Positions 9,987-26,136 of a stretch of DNA of 64,000 bases are shown here, piece by piece. The stretch lies in NCBI GenBank assembly GCA_963762145.1, contig CAVXJS010000009.1, positions 384,001-448,000 on the forward strand. Reading direction: 5' to 3'. Within the stretch, counting starts at the first letter, position 1, and every line of letters starts with the position of its first letter. The DNA comes from an uncultured Candidatus Rokubacteria bacterium (lineage in GTDB: Bacteria; Methylomirabilota; Methylomirabilia; Rokubacteriales; CSP1-6). A program made the translations under genes and the position numbers. The notes beneath the pieces are model-generated. The model searched no databases. It was not told the origin of the DNA and saw only the letters and a list, made by a program, of their open reading frames with translations.

Positions 9987-11321
9987 ATGATGCACGCCCT
10001 CAGAGCCATCGGTAGCCTGGTCCCGACCGCCAGCCTGGTCGCCTGTCTATGGGCTCTCATCCTTGCCCCGCCCGCCTTCGCCAACGAGGTCGTCCAGTGG
10101 AACGAGACGACCATGAAGGCCATCGTGGCGAACGGGCAGAACAACATCGTGTCGACGCGCACCATCGCCATGGTGCAGGTGGCGGTGCACGATGCGCTGA
10201 ACGCCATCGATCGCCGCTACGACGCCTACTATTTCGAGGGGCCCGGAGACGGCGGCGCGTCGCCCGATGCCGCGGTCGCGGCCGCCGCCCACACGGTGCT
10301 CGTCGGGGTGATCGGAGGCTACGGGACACCCGCCCAGAAGGGTGCGACGTTCGCCCTGGTCGATCAGGCTTACGCGGCCTCGATGGCCCGCGTCACCGAC
10401 GGCCCCGCCCGGAACAAGGGCGTGGCGGTCGGGCGCGCGGCCGGGGCCGCGATCCTTGCGCTTCGCAAGGACGACGGCGCCTTCCGCGACGCGCCCTACA
10501 CGCCGGGCATGGGTCCCGGCAAGTGGCAGCCGCACCCGAACCCGGTTCCGGCCAACCCGCCCATCGGTAACCCGGACCTGGTGCGCGGCTACGCGCCCGC
10601 GGCCGTCCCGGGCTGGGGGAACGTCACGCCGTTCACGCTCCTTTCTGCCTCGCAATTCTGGCTTCCGGGGCCCCCGGCCTTGGCGAGCGCGACCTACGCG
10701 CGCGACTACAACGAGGTGAAGAACATCGGCGGCAAGGTCAGCACGACCCGTACGGAGGACCAGACCCAGATCGCGCGCTTCTGGTTCGAGGGGCCGGGCA
10801 ACTGGAACACGATCGCGCGCACGGTGGCCACCACGCGCCGCCTCGATGCTCGGGACAGCGCCCGGGTTCTCGCCCTCATGAACATCGCGATGGCCGACGC
10901 CTACATCGCGGGCTTCAAGATCCGCTACGTGTACGACCTGTGGCGCCCGGTGACCGCCATCCGGGAGGGCGACAACGACGGCAACGACGCCACCGTCGGC
11001 GATCCGACCTGGGACAGCCATCAGAATACGCCGTCGGTCTCGGACTATCCGTCCACCCAGAGCACCTTCAGCGCGGCCGCCGCGGTGGTCCTCGCCAGTG
11101 CCCTCGGCGGCGACCAGGCCAGCTTCACCGTCACGAGTGGGAAGCCCTTTGACGGCATCACCCGATCGTTCACGAGCTTCTCCCAGGCGGCTCGGGAGAG
11201 CGCCGACTCCCGAGTCTATGCCGGCATCCACTTCCGGAGCGCCTGTGAGGACGGGCTCGGCCTGGGCCGAAAGGTCGGACAGCGAACCGCCACGCTCTAT
11301 CTCCAGCCTGTGAAGAAGTGA
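9987..11321 (+). CDS. secreted vanadium-dependent haloperoxidase/PAP2-family protein with atypical active site
   Basis: Signal peptide, VHDALNAI, WRPVTAIR, YPSTQ and SRVYAGIHF. AGGAGG RBS. Confidence 0.85.
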   Translation: MMHALRAIGSLVPTASLVACLWALILAPPAFANEVVQWNETTMKAIVANGQNNIVSTRTIAMVQVAVHDALNAIDRRYDAYYFEGPGDGGASPDAAVAAAAHTVLVGVIGGYGTPAQKGATFALVDQAYAASMARVTDGPARNKGVAVGRAAGAAILALRKDDGAFRDAPYTPGMGPGKWQPHPNPVPANPPIGNPDLVRGYAPAAVPGWGNVTPFTLLSASQFWLPGPPALASATYARDYNEVKNIGGKVSTTRTEDQTQIARFWFEGPGNWNTIARTVATTRRLDARDSARVLALMNIAMADAYIAGFKIRYVYDLWRPVTAIREGDNDGNDATVGDPTWDSHQNTPSVSDYPSTQSTFSAAAAVVLASALGGDQASFTVTSGKPFDGITRSFTSFSQAARESADSRVYAGIHFRSACEDGLGLGRKVGQRTATLYLQPVKK

Positions 11322-11411
11322 AGCCGGGGTGAGAGGCCGCCGGACGTCTGCCAAACGCAAGGCGTCCGGCGGTATCCATCTCCCGGTCCAGCACTTCGGG
11401 AGGGCCGCGCC

Positions 11412-12333
11412 ATGTCTTATCTCGCAACGAGGCGCAAGAGCAGACCGCTCGACCGGCCGTCGCCTGGCCCAGCTAGCGAGCCGGCGGTGGCGCCGGACGT
11501 CACCGCGATCCACTGGATCCTGCGTGTGGCGGTGGCGGCCTGCTTCATCGGCCACGGAGCCTTCGGCATCATCACCAAGGCCGCGTGGCTGCCGTACTTC
11601 GCGATCTTCGGCATTCCGGAAGCGTGGGCGTGGAGGCTCATGCCCCATCGTCGGGACCGTCGACATCACGGTGGGCGTGCTCACACTGTTCCACCCGGTT
11701 CGCGCGATTGTCCTCTACATGGCGTTCTGGGGGTTCCAGACTGCCTGCCTCCGCCCCCTCGCTGGACAGGGTGGGTGGGAGCTCCTCGAGCGCGCCGGCA
11801 ACTACGGTGTCCCTCTGGCCTTCCTCGTCTTGCTCGGTGCGGGTCGGTCGCTGCCTGACTGGTTCTCGACGCGGCCGATGCCCGCGCTCACCCACGAGCG
11901 GGCCGTGGCGATCGGCTGGATTCTTCGGGTGACGACCGCGCTGTTGCTGATCGGGCACGCCGGCTTCGATTTCGCCATGCACAAGGACTGGACCGGCTAT
12001 GCCGCGGCGATCGGAATCAGCCCGACCACGCTCGCGGATCATCCGCTCCGACTCTGGGCGGGATGGCTCGAGTGTGCCCTCGGTCTCCTCGTCCTCGCCT
12101 GGCCGGGGCGCGGCCTGCTGGTCTTCGTCTTCGTCTGGAAGGTCGGGACCGAGGCCCTCCGGCCGCTGGCCGGGGAGCCGATCTGGGAGTTCATCGAGCG
12201 GGGTGGCAGCTACGGAGCGCCGCTGGCCCTCGCGTGGCTGCAGAACTTCCAGGTGAAGCACTCCGGAGGATGGAGTAACATGCCGCCGAGCGATCGACCG
12301 CCCGACCCTCTTGCTCTGGAGGCCCCGACATGA
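11412..12333 (+). CDS. internally duplicated integral membrane protein (frameshift near 11645)
   Basis: Two repeats of WILRV...IGH(G/A) ... LRPLAG..(G/I)WE..ER.G.YG.PLA spread over ORFs 11412 and 11329. Confidence 0.7.
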
Positions 12334-13800
12334 GCCACAACGGCCACCTGGACGCCCGGACCCTTCACGGTCGCCTCTCCCACCCGGTCATCGACGCCGA
12401 CGGCCACTGGCTGGAGTACGGGCCCGTGATGCGCGAGGAGTTCCGCCGCATCGGGGGGGAGGCCGCCGTCGAGGGCCTGGCCCTGGCCAGCCAGCGGGTG
12501 CCCAACGCGCTCAAGATGACGGTGGCCGAGCGGGCGCGGCGCCGGGTCGGCCAGGAGGCGTTCTGGTCCTCGCCGTGCGAGAACACGCTCGACCGCGCGA
12601 CGGCCATGATGCCGCGGCTCATGTACGAGCGTCTCGACGACCTCGGCATCGATTTCTCGCGTGGTCTATCCGACCGCGGGGCTCAGCTACCACCGCATGC
12701 AGGACACGCGGCTGCGGCGGGCCATCTGCCGCGCCTACAACGTCTTCGCCGCCGACCAGTTCCGCGGCCTCCAGGACCGGGTCATCCCGGCCGCGATCAT
12801 CCCGATGTACACGCCCGAGGAGGCCATCGAGGAGATCGAGTTCGCGGCCACCCAGCTCGGCTACAAGGTCATCATGGTCGGCGGGATGATGCGGCGGCCG
12901 GTGCCGGCGCTGGCGGAGGAGCGGCCGGACGCGGCGAGTCTGGTCGAGTGGTACGACGTCGTCGGCCTCGACAGCCCGTACGACTACGACCCGGTGTGGC
13001 GCAAGTGCCAGCGAGCTCAAGCTGGCGCCCACCTTCCACAACGGCGCCCGCTCCATCCTGCTGCGGAACTCGCCGTCGAACTTCTGCTACAACCACATCG
13101 GCCACTTCGCCTCCGCCGGCCACGCGGTGGCCAAGGCCCTCTTCTTCGGCGGCGTCACCCGCCGGTTCCCCGACCTCAACTTCGCGTTCCTCGAGGGCGG
13201 CGTCGGGCTGGGCCTGCATGCTCTACGCGGACCTGATCGGCCACTGGGAGAAGCGCAACGGGCAGGCCATCCAGTCCACGCATCCGAGCAAGCTCGACCG
13301 CGGCGAAGCTCCTGGAGCTGCGCCGCAGAAGTACGGCCGGCCCGAGGTCATCGAGGCGGTGCGCCGGGGCGAGGGCCTCGAGGGCGACTCGAACTCGACG
13401 CTCACCGGCGGGGTGGAGGACGTGGACGACTACTTCCGCTGCCGCATCGAGCGGAAGCAGGACATCCGCGATCTCTTCGTGCCGCGCTTCTACTTCGGCT
13501 GCGAGGCCGACGATCCCGCGAACGCGTGGGCCTTCAACACCAAGGCGAATCCCATGCGCGCGCGCCTGAACGCGATCTTCAGCTCCGACATCGGCCACTT
13601 CGACGTGCCGGACATGACCGAGGTGGTGCCCGAGGCGTACGAGCTGGTCGAGCACGGGCTGCTCGACGACGCCGACTTCCGCGACTTCATGTTCGCGTAA
13701 CGCGGTGCGCTTCTGGGGCGAGGTCAACCCGGACTTCTTCAAGGGCACCGTCGTCGAGAAGGCCGCCGCCGCGGCCCTCGCGCAGCCGGCCGCGCGCTAG
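12330..13800 (+). CDS. amidohydrolase family 2 protein (several frameshifts)
   Basis: IDADGH, VYPT, RAYN, FLEGG and FSSDIGHFD motifs distributed across frames. Confidence 0.85.
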
Positions 13801-14216
13801 CGACCCGCCGGGGCGTGAGTGAACGGGATCTTGGCGAACTTCGCCCGGTCCACCTCGATGACGAGGGTCACCGCGTCGGGATTCCGCCACGGGAAGTCCT
13901 TGCCCGTGTACTTGCGCGCGGTGCCGTCCTTCACCACGAAGGATGGGTCCGGCCGCCGCTCCACCACCCGGCCCCGGAGCTGGGCCTCGGTGTAGGGATC
14001 GGCGAAGTCCACGATCGAGAGCGCCACCCGGGGATCCCGTCGGGTGTTCCTCGCCTTGAGGGAGCCCTCGCCGGTCCCGACGAGGACGTGGTCACCTTCC
14101 CGGGTCACCCAGACCGGCGCTGATTGCGGCGAGCCGTCCGACATGATGGTCGCGAGGTGGGCAAAGTTGGGTCCGTCGATCAGCTTCTTGACGCCGTCGG
14201 GTAGCTCCATGGCCAT
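13797..14216 (-). CDS. PPOX-class (F420-dependent) oxidoreductase
   Basis: FAHLAT..DGSPQSAPVW and K.RN..RDPRVALS motifs. Confidence 0.88.
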   Translation of the reverse strand: MAMELPDGVKKLIDGPNFAHLATIMSDGSPQSAPVWVTREGDHVLVGTGEGSLKARNTRRDPRVALSIVDFADPYTEAQLRGRVVERRPDPSFVVKDGTARKYTGKDFPWRNPDAVTLVIEVDRAKFAKIPFTHAPAGR

Positions 14217-14312
14217 GCGCTCCTCTTCGCGACGATTTGGGCGACGCTCTGATTTCCGGCGCCCATTCTGCTCCCGAAGCGCCCGCGTTGCCACCCCCCG
14301 CGTTGCCAGTCG

Positions 14313-14840
14313 ATGACGCGCCCCACCCGCACCAGGCGCCTCGCGCCCCGGATCGGGCCCCGCCCGCGCATCCTCTTCGTCGGCATCAATCCGTCACTGC
14401 GCTCGGCCGAGGTCGGCCACCACTTCGCCGGCCCCGGCAATCCCTTCTGGCGGCTCCTCCACGCGGCCCGGTCGATCCCCGGTCCCCTCACCTACGAGGA
14501 CGATGCGCGCCTGCCCTCGTTCGGACTGGCCCTGACCAACATCGTGCCCCGCGCAACCCGCGCCGCCTCCGAGCTCACCCGCGCCGAGTTCGCGGCGGGA
14601 CGCACGCAGCTCGCCCGCCTGATCAGGCGGGTGAAGCCGCGGACGGTGGCCTTCGTCGGCGTCACGGTGTACCGGGCCTTCTTCGGCCCGGCCGCGAGCC
14701 CGGGGCCGGGGGCCAAGCCGGAGCGGATCGGCGAGGCGCGGGTCTTCGTCCTGCCGAATCCAAGCGGCCTGAACGCGGCCTACCCCGGCTTCCGCGACAA
14801 GCTGGTCTGGTTCGCGCGGCTCCGGCGGTTCGCGAAGTGA
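14313..14840 (+). CDS. mug: G/U mismatch-specific DNA glycosylase
   Basis: FVGINP, HHFAGPGNPFW and LPNPSGLN motifs. Confidence 0.9.
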   Translation: MTRPTRTRRLAPRIGPRPRILFVGINPSLRSAEVGHHFAGPGNPFWRLLHAARSIPGPLTYEDDARLPSFGLALTNIVPRATRAASELTRAEFAAGRTQLARLIRRVKPRTVAFVGVTVYRAFFGPAASPGPGAKPERIGEARVFVLPNPSGLNAAYPGFRDKLVWFARLRRFAK

Positions 14841-14890
14841 TAGACTCTGGCCCATTTCACGCCGGCCCATCTCACTCAGGAGGATTCGCG

Positions 14891-15676
<786 letters not shown>

Positions 15677-15696
15677 CCTTCACCAAGGAGACCCCG

Positions 15697-16163
15697 ATGC
15701 CGACGCACGCGCCGCTGGCGCCCCAGATCGAGCAGTTCATCCACGACAACCCGCAGGGCGTGCTGACCTCGTTCCGGCGGAACGGCATGCCTCAGCTCAG
15801 CATCGTCACCGTCTACCCGCGCGATGGAGGCGTGGGGATCTCGATCACCGAGAACCGGATGAAGTTCAAGAACCTGCTGCGCGACCCGCGCTGCTCGCTG
15901 CTGGTCTCCCACGCCGACTGGTGGTCCGGGTTCCTGGTCTTCGAGGGCAAGGCCGAGCTCACCCACTCGGGCAACACCGATCCCGACGCGCTGCGCCTGG
16001 CGCGCCGGCACATCTTCAGCGCCACCACGCGGCGCCGCAGCCGGGACTGGGCCGAGTACGACCGGATCACCGAGGCCGACAAGCGGGTGGCGATGGTCGC
16101 TGCGGCCCGAGCACGTCTACGGCTCGGCGCTCGGCCAAGATGCGCGAGGCGCTGGCGAAGTAG
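15697..16163 (+). CDS. PPOX-class (F420-dependent) oxidoreductase (frameshift near the 3' end)
   Basis: GVLTSFRRNGMPQLS and KFKNLLRDPRCSL motifs. Confidence 0.8.
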
Positions 16164-16199
16164 GCGCCGGGATGCTTGCGTTCGCCGGGAAGCTCGGGC

Positions 16200-20141
<3,942 letters not shown>

Positions 20142-20209
20142 TCCGGCAGATCGCTCCCGGCTAGCCCCTTGACCGTCACGGAGCGTGGACTCGAAGCTCT
20201 CGAACGCCC

Positions 20210-21680
20210 ATGACCGAGACGCCATTCGGGGTCCTGATCGGCCAGCTCGCGCAGGCGGAGCCGACGCGTCCCGGCCGTCACGTGCGACGAGGTGACGATC
20301 TCGCGGGCGGAGCTCGAAGCGCGCACGAATCGGCTGGCCCGGGCCTACCGGGCGCTCGGCGTGAGCCGGACTCGCTCGTCACCATCGGACTCCCGAACGG
20401 GATCGAGCTTCTTCGAGGCGACGATCGCGGCCTGGAAGCTCGGCGCGACGCCGCAGCCGATCTCCTCGCGGCTGCCCGCGGCGGAGCGCCGCGCCATCAT
20501 CGATCTGGCGAACCCGGCGCTCGTCGTCGGCGTGGATCCCGCCGAGGCATCGGGCCGGCCGACCGTCCCCGCCGGCTTCGAGCCGGACGCGTCGCTGTCC
20601 GCGGAGCCGCTGCCCCCCGTGGTGGCCGCGTCGTTCAAGGCGCCGACCTCCGGCGGCAGCACCGGCCGGCCGAAGCTCATCGTCGCGACGCAGGCGGGCG
20701 ATGTGGGAGGCCCTCGGTCGACTACACGACGCTGCTGCGGATGCCGGCGGACGGCGTGCACCTCGTCACCGGGCCGCTGTACCACAACGGGCCGTTCACG
20801 AGCTCGGCCGCTCGCCCTGCTCAAGGGCAACCACCTCGTGGTGATGCCGCGCTTCGACGCGGCCCGCGCCCTCGATGCTCATCGAGCGCCATCGCGTCGA
20901 CTGGATGTACGCGGTGCCCGACGATGATGCACCGCATCTGGCGGCTGCCCGAGGCCGAGCGCACCCGCTTCGACCTCTCGAGCCTGCGCGTGGTGTTCCA
21001 CATGGCCGCGCCGTGCCCGCCGTGGCTCAAGGAGGCGTGGATCGAGCTGGCTCGGCGGCGAGCGCATCCTCGAGCTCTACGGCGGCACCGAGGCGCAGGC
21101 CATCACGTTCATCACCGGCGACGAGTGGCTCGCGCATCGCGGCTCGGTCGGGCGGCCCTCCTCGGCGAGATGCGCGTGCTCGACCCGGACGGCCAGCGAG
21201 CTGCCCGCCGGCCAGGTCGGGCGAGATCTGGATGCGCCGCGGCGCCGGACGCGCCGCCGACCTACCGGTACGTCGGCGCCAGGCCAAAGTCGCGGCCGGG
21301 CAACTGGGAGTCGCTCGGCGACATGGGCTGGATGGACGAGGAGGGCTACGTCTACCTGAGCGACCGCGAGACCGACATGATCCTGGTCGGCGGCAGCCAA
21401 CGTGTACCCCGCCGAGGTGGAGGCCGCGCTCGACGAGCATCCGGCCGTGGCGTCGTCGTGCGTGATCGGCCTGCCCGACGAGGAGTACGGCAACGCGGTC
21501 CACGCCATCGTGCAGGCGCTCGCGCCGCTGACCGCCGCCGAGCTGGAGCGTTCCTGGCGCTCGCGGCTCGCGAAGTACAAGCGGCCGCGCACGTACGAGT
21601 TCGTGGCCGAGCCGCTGCGCGGCGACGACGGCAAGGTCCGCCGATCGGCGCTGCGCGCGGAGCGCGTCGCCGGGCGGTAG
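20210..21680 (+). CDS. acyl-CoA synthetase/AMP-binding enzyme (bile acid-CoA ligase-like; frameshifted)
   Basis: TSGGSTGRPK, LYHNGP, YGGTE, GDMG and YPAEVE motifs, plus a C-terminal catalytic Lys (GKVRR). Confidence 0.85.
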
Positions 21681-21686
21681 GAAGCC

Positions 21687-22241
21687 CTATAGGAAGAACG
21701 TGAGGTTCTTCGCGAGCAGGACGTTCTGGTCGAGGATGATCTTGCGGCGGGCGATGCGCCAGCCGCCGTCGACCCGGCGCAGGAGATCCTCGCGCTTGCC
21801 GACGAGCAGGTCGGTCTCGGTCTCGACGCGGTTGCGGTAGACCAGGAAGCGGCTCTTCACCGCGACCTCGGTCGGCGCGGCCCGGCCGGCGTCGCCGAGC
21901 GATCTGGACGTTCGACACCATGTGGCAGATGCGCGACGGCGGCTCCTCCGCCCAGTGCACGCCGGTCCGGATCTGCCGCACCCGCCGGGTCAGGGTGTCC
22001 TTGCCCTCGTCGAACCAGTTCACGTCGAGCCCCGCGCGCGTGAACTCGCGCGCGCGGCTCGTCGCGCGGGCACGTTGCGCCGCATGCGGCATCCAGTAGT
22101 GCACGTCCTCGGTGAAGAGATCGAGCCACTCCTCGTAGCGGCGCTCGTCGAGCAGCTCGGCCTCCCGGTAGAGGAAGTCCTCGATCTCCTTCCTTGAACG
22201 AGCAGCGCGCGTCGATGTCGGCCGAGTCGCGCCGCGCTCAC
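21687..22241 (-). CDS. aromatic ring-hydroxylating dioxygenase beta subunit (frameshifted)
   Basis: EIEDFLYREAELLDERRYEEWL, WAEEPPSR and RRKIILDQNVLLAKNLTFFL. Confidence 0.88.
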
Positions 22242-23597
22242 CGCGGCACGAGCTCCGCCCAGCTCTTGGCCTCCATGAGCTGGCGCCAGCGCGTGTAGAA
22301 GCCGCGCTGGTTGTTCTCGCTCGCGGTGCCCGGTGCACCTCGCTGATCCGGCCCGGCAGCGCGAGCCCGTGGTCCTCGAAGCGCGTCGGTGGCGCGGCCC
22401 GAGCCCCATCTCGTAGTTGTAGGGTGCTGCCGCGCGATGGTCCCCGGCTCGCCGTCGTGCGCGTAGTTCCAGTTCTCCATGTCGTCCTGCTCGGTGAGCC
22501 CCGACGGCCCCGAGTAGCGCATGTAGTAGTGGCGCAGGAAGTCCTTGACCTCGCCGGCGCGTCGGCGTCGACGAGGTACCAGCGCCACACCTCGGTCTGA
22601 TGCGGGCCCGCGCGGGTGCCAGACCGCGATGCGTGCGCGGCTGGCGCGCGAGCGGCGAGACGTTGGGGAACACGGTGCCGGGCCCGCCGAACAGGCGCCA
22701 CGCCGTCGCCGCGGCGGCGCTTGCGCTCCTCCTCGCACCGCCGGAAGTAGTCGGCGACCACGGGCGCGTCCTGGTACGCGGGCGCGATCGGCGCGTCGGG
22801 CGGCCGGAGAAACGCGATCATCGAGTGCCCGAGGTCGGGAAAGCGTCACGTCGAGCCAGCGCGCCTCGTTGCGCTCCCGGTTGTCGCGGCGGCCCTTGCC
22901 GCTCGGGCCGATGCCGACCATGTCGACCGAGCGGTGGCTCACGCCGTGGTAGCGGTCGCCGGAGAAGTTCTCGGCGGGGAACTTCCAGTTGCAGGGGATC
23001 GCGCCACTTGTGGACGCCGCCGATCACCTCCGTGCCGCCCTCGCGGCCGTCCCAGGCGTCGAGCAGCAGGTCGAGGTAGATCTTGTAGCCGCCGAGGTAG
23101 TCCTCGAAGGACGGCGCCGTCGGGGTCCCAGGTCGCCCAGATCGAGCCCTTGTAGTTCTCCATCTGCGGCACCTCGACCAGGCCCCACTGGGTCTTGTCG
23201 AGCTCGCCGCCGTAGGCGTCCTTGGCGTGGGGCACGCCGACGAGCGCGCCGTCGGTGGCGTAGCTCCAGCCGTGGTAGGGGCACAGGAACACGACGGTGT
23301 TGCCCTCGTCGTAGCGGCAGACCTTCATGCCGCGATGCCGGCAGGTGTTGAGGAAGACGTGGATCTGGCCCGCGCGCGTCCCGGCACAGGATGACCGACT
23401 CCTCGCCCATGCGAGAGGCGACGAAGTCGCCCGGGTTCGGGATCTGGCTCTCGTGGCCGACGAAGAGCCAGGCGCGCGCGAAGATGCTGCTCCTGCTCCT
23501 GCTGGTAGATCTCCTCGTTGACGAAGATCTCGCGGCTGATGATGCCGCGCTCCACGTCGACCAAGCCACCCACGCTCCCGAGCCTTCCGTCGAGCAT
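22238..23597 (-). CDS. Rieske aromatic ring-hydroxylating dioxygenase alpha subunit (frameshifted)
   Basis: Rieske CRH...[20 protein letters not shown] and EQDDMENW motifs. Confidence 0.9.
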
Positions 23598-23615
23598 CGC
23601 GTGTCCTCCGTCGGG

Positions 23616-24014
23616 CTACCCCGGCTGCGCCCGGCGTACGGGCACGTCGACCGGGACCTTCATCGCGCGGCTGATCCGGCAGCCCTCGGCCGCCTCCTGG
23701 AGTCGGGCGAGCTGGGCGTCGTCGAACGTGCCCTCCACGACCAGCTCTCCCTCGACGCCGGTGATCTGCCCCTGGGCCTCCGTCGCGGTGAGGCGGGCCC
23801 GGAGGCCGCGCACCACCCACTGCTGGCGCTCGGCGAACCGCCGAACGTTGTTGATGCGTCAGGCGCCGATGGCGCCCAGGAGGAGCTCCGCGGGCGAGGG
23901 CGCCGCGTCCCCGCCCCCGGCCTCCGCCGGGGCGTCCATCTCCAGGCGGTGCGGGCCCGCCGCTCCCTCGACCTTCATGCCCGCCACCCACTGCACCGTC
24001 ACCGCTCTGCCCAT
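23616..24014 (-). CDS. OsmC/Ohr family protein, predicted selenoprotein
   Basis: MGRAVTVQW...[21 protein letters not shown]...[13 protein letters not shown] (complement 23859-23861, codon 52) replaces the first conserved Cys, and the second Cys is intact in the same frame. Confidence 0.88.
23827..23847 (-). promoter_or_regulatory. SECIS-like hairpin of the OsmC gene
   Basis: mRNA CGUUCGGCG-GUU-CGCCGAGCG: 9-bp stem with the loop starting 20 nt after the UGA and a GGUUC apex. Confidence 0.75.
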
Positions 24015-24034
24015 AGGTCCGCGCCTCCTGCGCG

Positions 24035-25267
24035 TCACGCCTGCGCGGCCAGCACCTTGCGCCCCACGGCGTGTCCTCGAGGCGGAAGAAGTCCAGCATG
24101 TTGCCGCGCGCGATCTTGAACGCCTCGTCGGCCGGCACGCCCGCGAACAGCCGCTCGGCGAACGGCCGCGTGTTCGGCCAGTCGCACTCGATGTGCGGGA
24201 AGTCGGTGGCGAACATGATGCGCTCGACGCCCATGTGGTGACGCAGCTCGACCGCCACCCGCTCCACGTGCTGCACGCTGAAGAAGATGTGCTGGCGCAC
24301 ATAGTCGCTCGGCCGCTGCTTGAGCGGCTTGAAGTTCGAGCAGCCGCTCCGCCCAGTGGCGATGGCGCTCGTACCAGTAGTCGGCCTCCTCCATCCAGAA
24401 CGGCACCCAGCCCAGCCGGGTCTCGGCGAAGAAGATCTGGAGGTCGGGAAGGCGATCGAAGACGCCGGACAGGATGAGCTGGGCGAGGCTCATCGACGGC
24501 GCCGTGCCGAGGAACGGCAGAGCCACCCACTCGACGAGCTTGCGCGGGCCGAGCTTCTTCGAGCACCTCCGGGTCGGCGCCCGGGTACTCGAACGTCGGC
24601 TGCGATGCGCGCGGCCCGAGGCGGTCGAAGCCGACGTGCACGGTCAGCGGCATCTGCATGTCGATCGCGGCCGCCCAGAAGCGGTCGTCCTCGGGCGTCG
24701 GATACGACTTGCCGCTCGGGAACACGCCGAGGTTGACGCCCTTGAGTCCGAGCTTCGTGCAGTGCTCGAGCTCGGCGATGGCGTCGTCGACGTTGGTCCA
24801 CGGGATGACGCCGAGGCCGATCAGGCGATCGCGCGACACCGCGCAGTATTCCTCGCCGAGCCAGTCGTTGTAGGCGCGCACCGTCGCGCGATAGAGATCG
24901 TCGTCGGTGATCCCGCGCCAGAGCCGCGGCCCGACCTGCATGTTGGGAAAGAGCACCTCGGCGTGCAGGCCGTCCATGTCCTGCTCGCGCAGCCGCTGCT
25001 CCGGCGGCCCGACGCCGGCGGTGTCGTCGACGGTGACGCCGAAGGGCTCCCAAGTCTCGTTGGTCCGGCCGGCCCTGAGGTCGAGGAACGGCGCCGGATA
25101 CGGCGGCTGTCCCTCGACGACGAGCGCGTCGCCGCCGTCCGGCAGCTTGACCGTCTGCGGCGCGCGATCCCGGAAACTTCGCCGGCATGCGCGGCGACCA
25201 GCGCTCGGGGCGGACTTCGAGATGACCGTCGCTCGAGATCAGCGGCGGAAGTTCTCGGCGCGGTCAT
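24035..25267 (-). CDS. amidohydrolase family 2 protein (frameshifted)
   Basis: EVLFP, RAYNDW, FAETRLGW and MFATDFPHIE motifs. Confidence 0.85.
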
Positions 25268-26136
25268 CAGCGGAACCGCGCGATCACATCCTTGCCGTAG
25301 CGCAGCACATCGTCGGGCGTCTTGACCTGCGCGGGCAGGCCCGCCGCGGCGCTGACCGGCACCGCGACGCGCGCCACGCCCTGGCGCGCCAGGGCTTCGA
25401 TCTCGGCGAGGTCGGTGGGCGCCGCGACCGTGATCTCGATCGCCTTCGGGTCGCGCCCCGCGGCCAGGGCCGCGCGCCGCATCTCGTCGAGCAGGCCGGG
25501 CGACGGCGTGCGAGCCGGGAAGTAGCCGTCGCCGAGCCGGCCCGCGCGCCGCGCGGCCGCCACCGTGTCCCCGCCCACGATGATCGGGATGCGCCGCTCG
25601 GGCGGCAGCGGCCGGCAGAACACCCGATCGAACGAGATGAACTGCCCCTTGAACGACGCGCACTCCTGGCTCCACAGCGCGCGCATCGCCTCCACGTACT
25701 CGTCGGTGCGCGGCCCGCGGTCGGCGAACGGCAGGCCGAGCGCCGCGAACTCCTCGGCGAGCCATCCCACCCCGATGCCGAGCAGGACGCGGCCGCCGCC
25801 GGCCATATGGTCGAGCGTCGCCACCGCCTTCGCGGTGACCACCGGGTTGCGCTGCGGCAGGATCAGGATCGCGGTGCCAAGCTTGATCGTGCGCGTGGCT
25901 CCCGCCACGTAGGCGAGCCAGATCAGCGGATCCGGGATCGGGAAGTCTTCGAGCCCGGAGCCCATGCGTCCCGAGGCCGAGTACGGATAGCGCGACTGGT
26001 AGCCGTGCGGCACCACCACGTGCTCCACCGTCCACATCGACTCGAAGCCCGCCGCCTCGGCGGCCTGCGCCAGCTCCACCGCCGCCGGGCCGTTGCCGTA
26101 GCGCCCGAGGCTCGCGTAGCGGAGTCCGAACTTCAT
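25267..26136 (-). CDS. LLM-class F420-dependent oxidoreductase (Rv2161c-like)
   Basis: GFESMWTVEHVV, LGTAILILPQRNP and GVGWLAEEF motifs. Confidence 0.9.
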   Translation of the reverse strand: MKFGLRYASLGRYGNGPAAVELAQAAEAAGFESMWTVEHVVVPHGYQSRYPYSASGRMGSGLEDFPIPDPLIWLAYVAGATRTIKLGTAILILPQRNPVVTAKAVATLDHMAGGGRVLLGIGVGWLAEEFAALGLPFADRGPRTDEYVEAMRALWSQECASFKGQFISFDRVFCRPLPPERRIPIIVGGDTVAAARRAGRLGDGYFPARTPSPGLLDEMRRAALAAGRDPKAIEITVAAPTDLAEIEALARQGVARVAVPVSAAAGLPAQVKTPDDVLRYGKDVIARFR

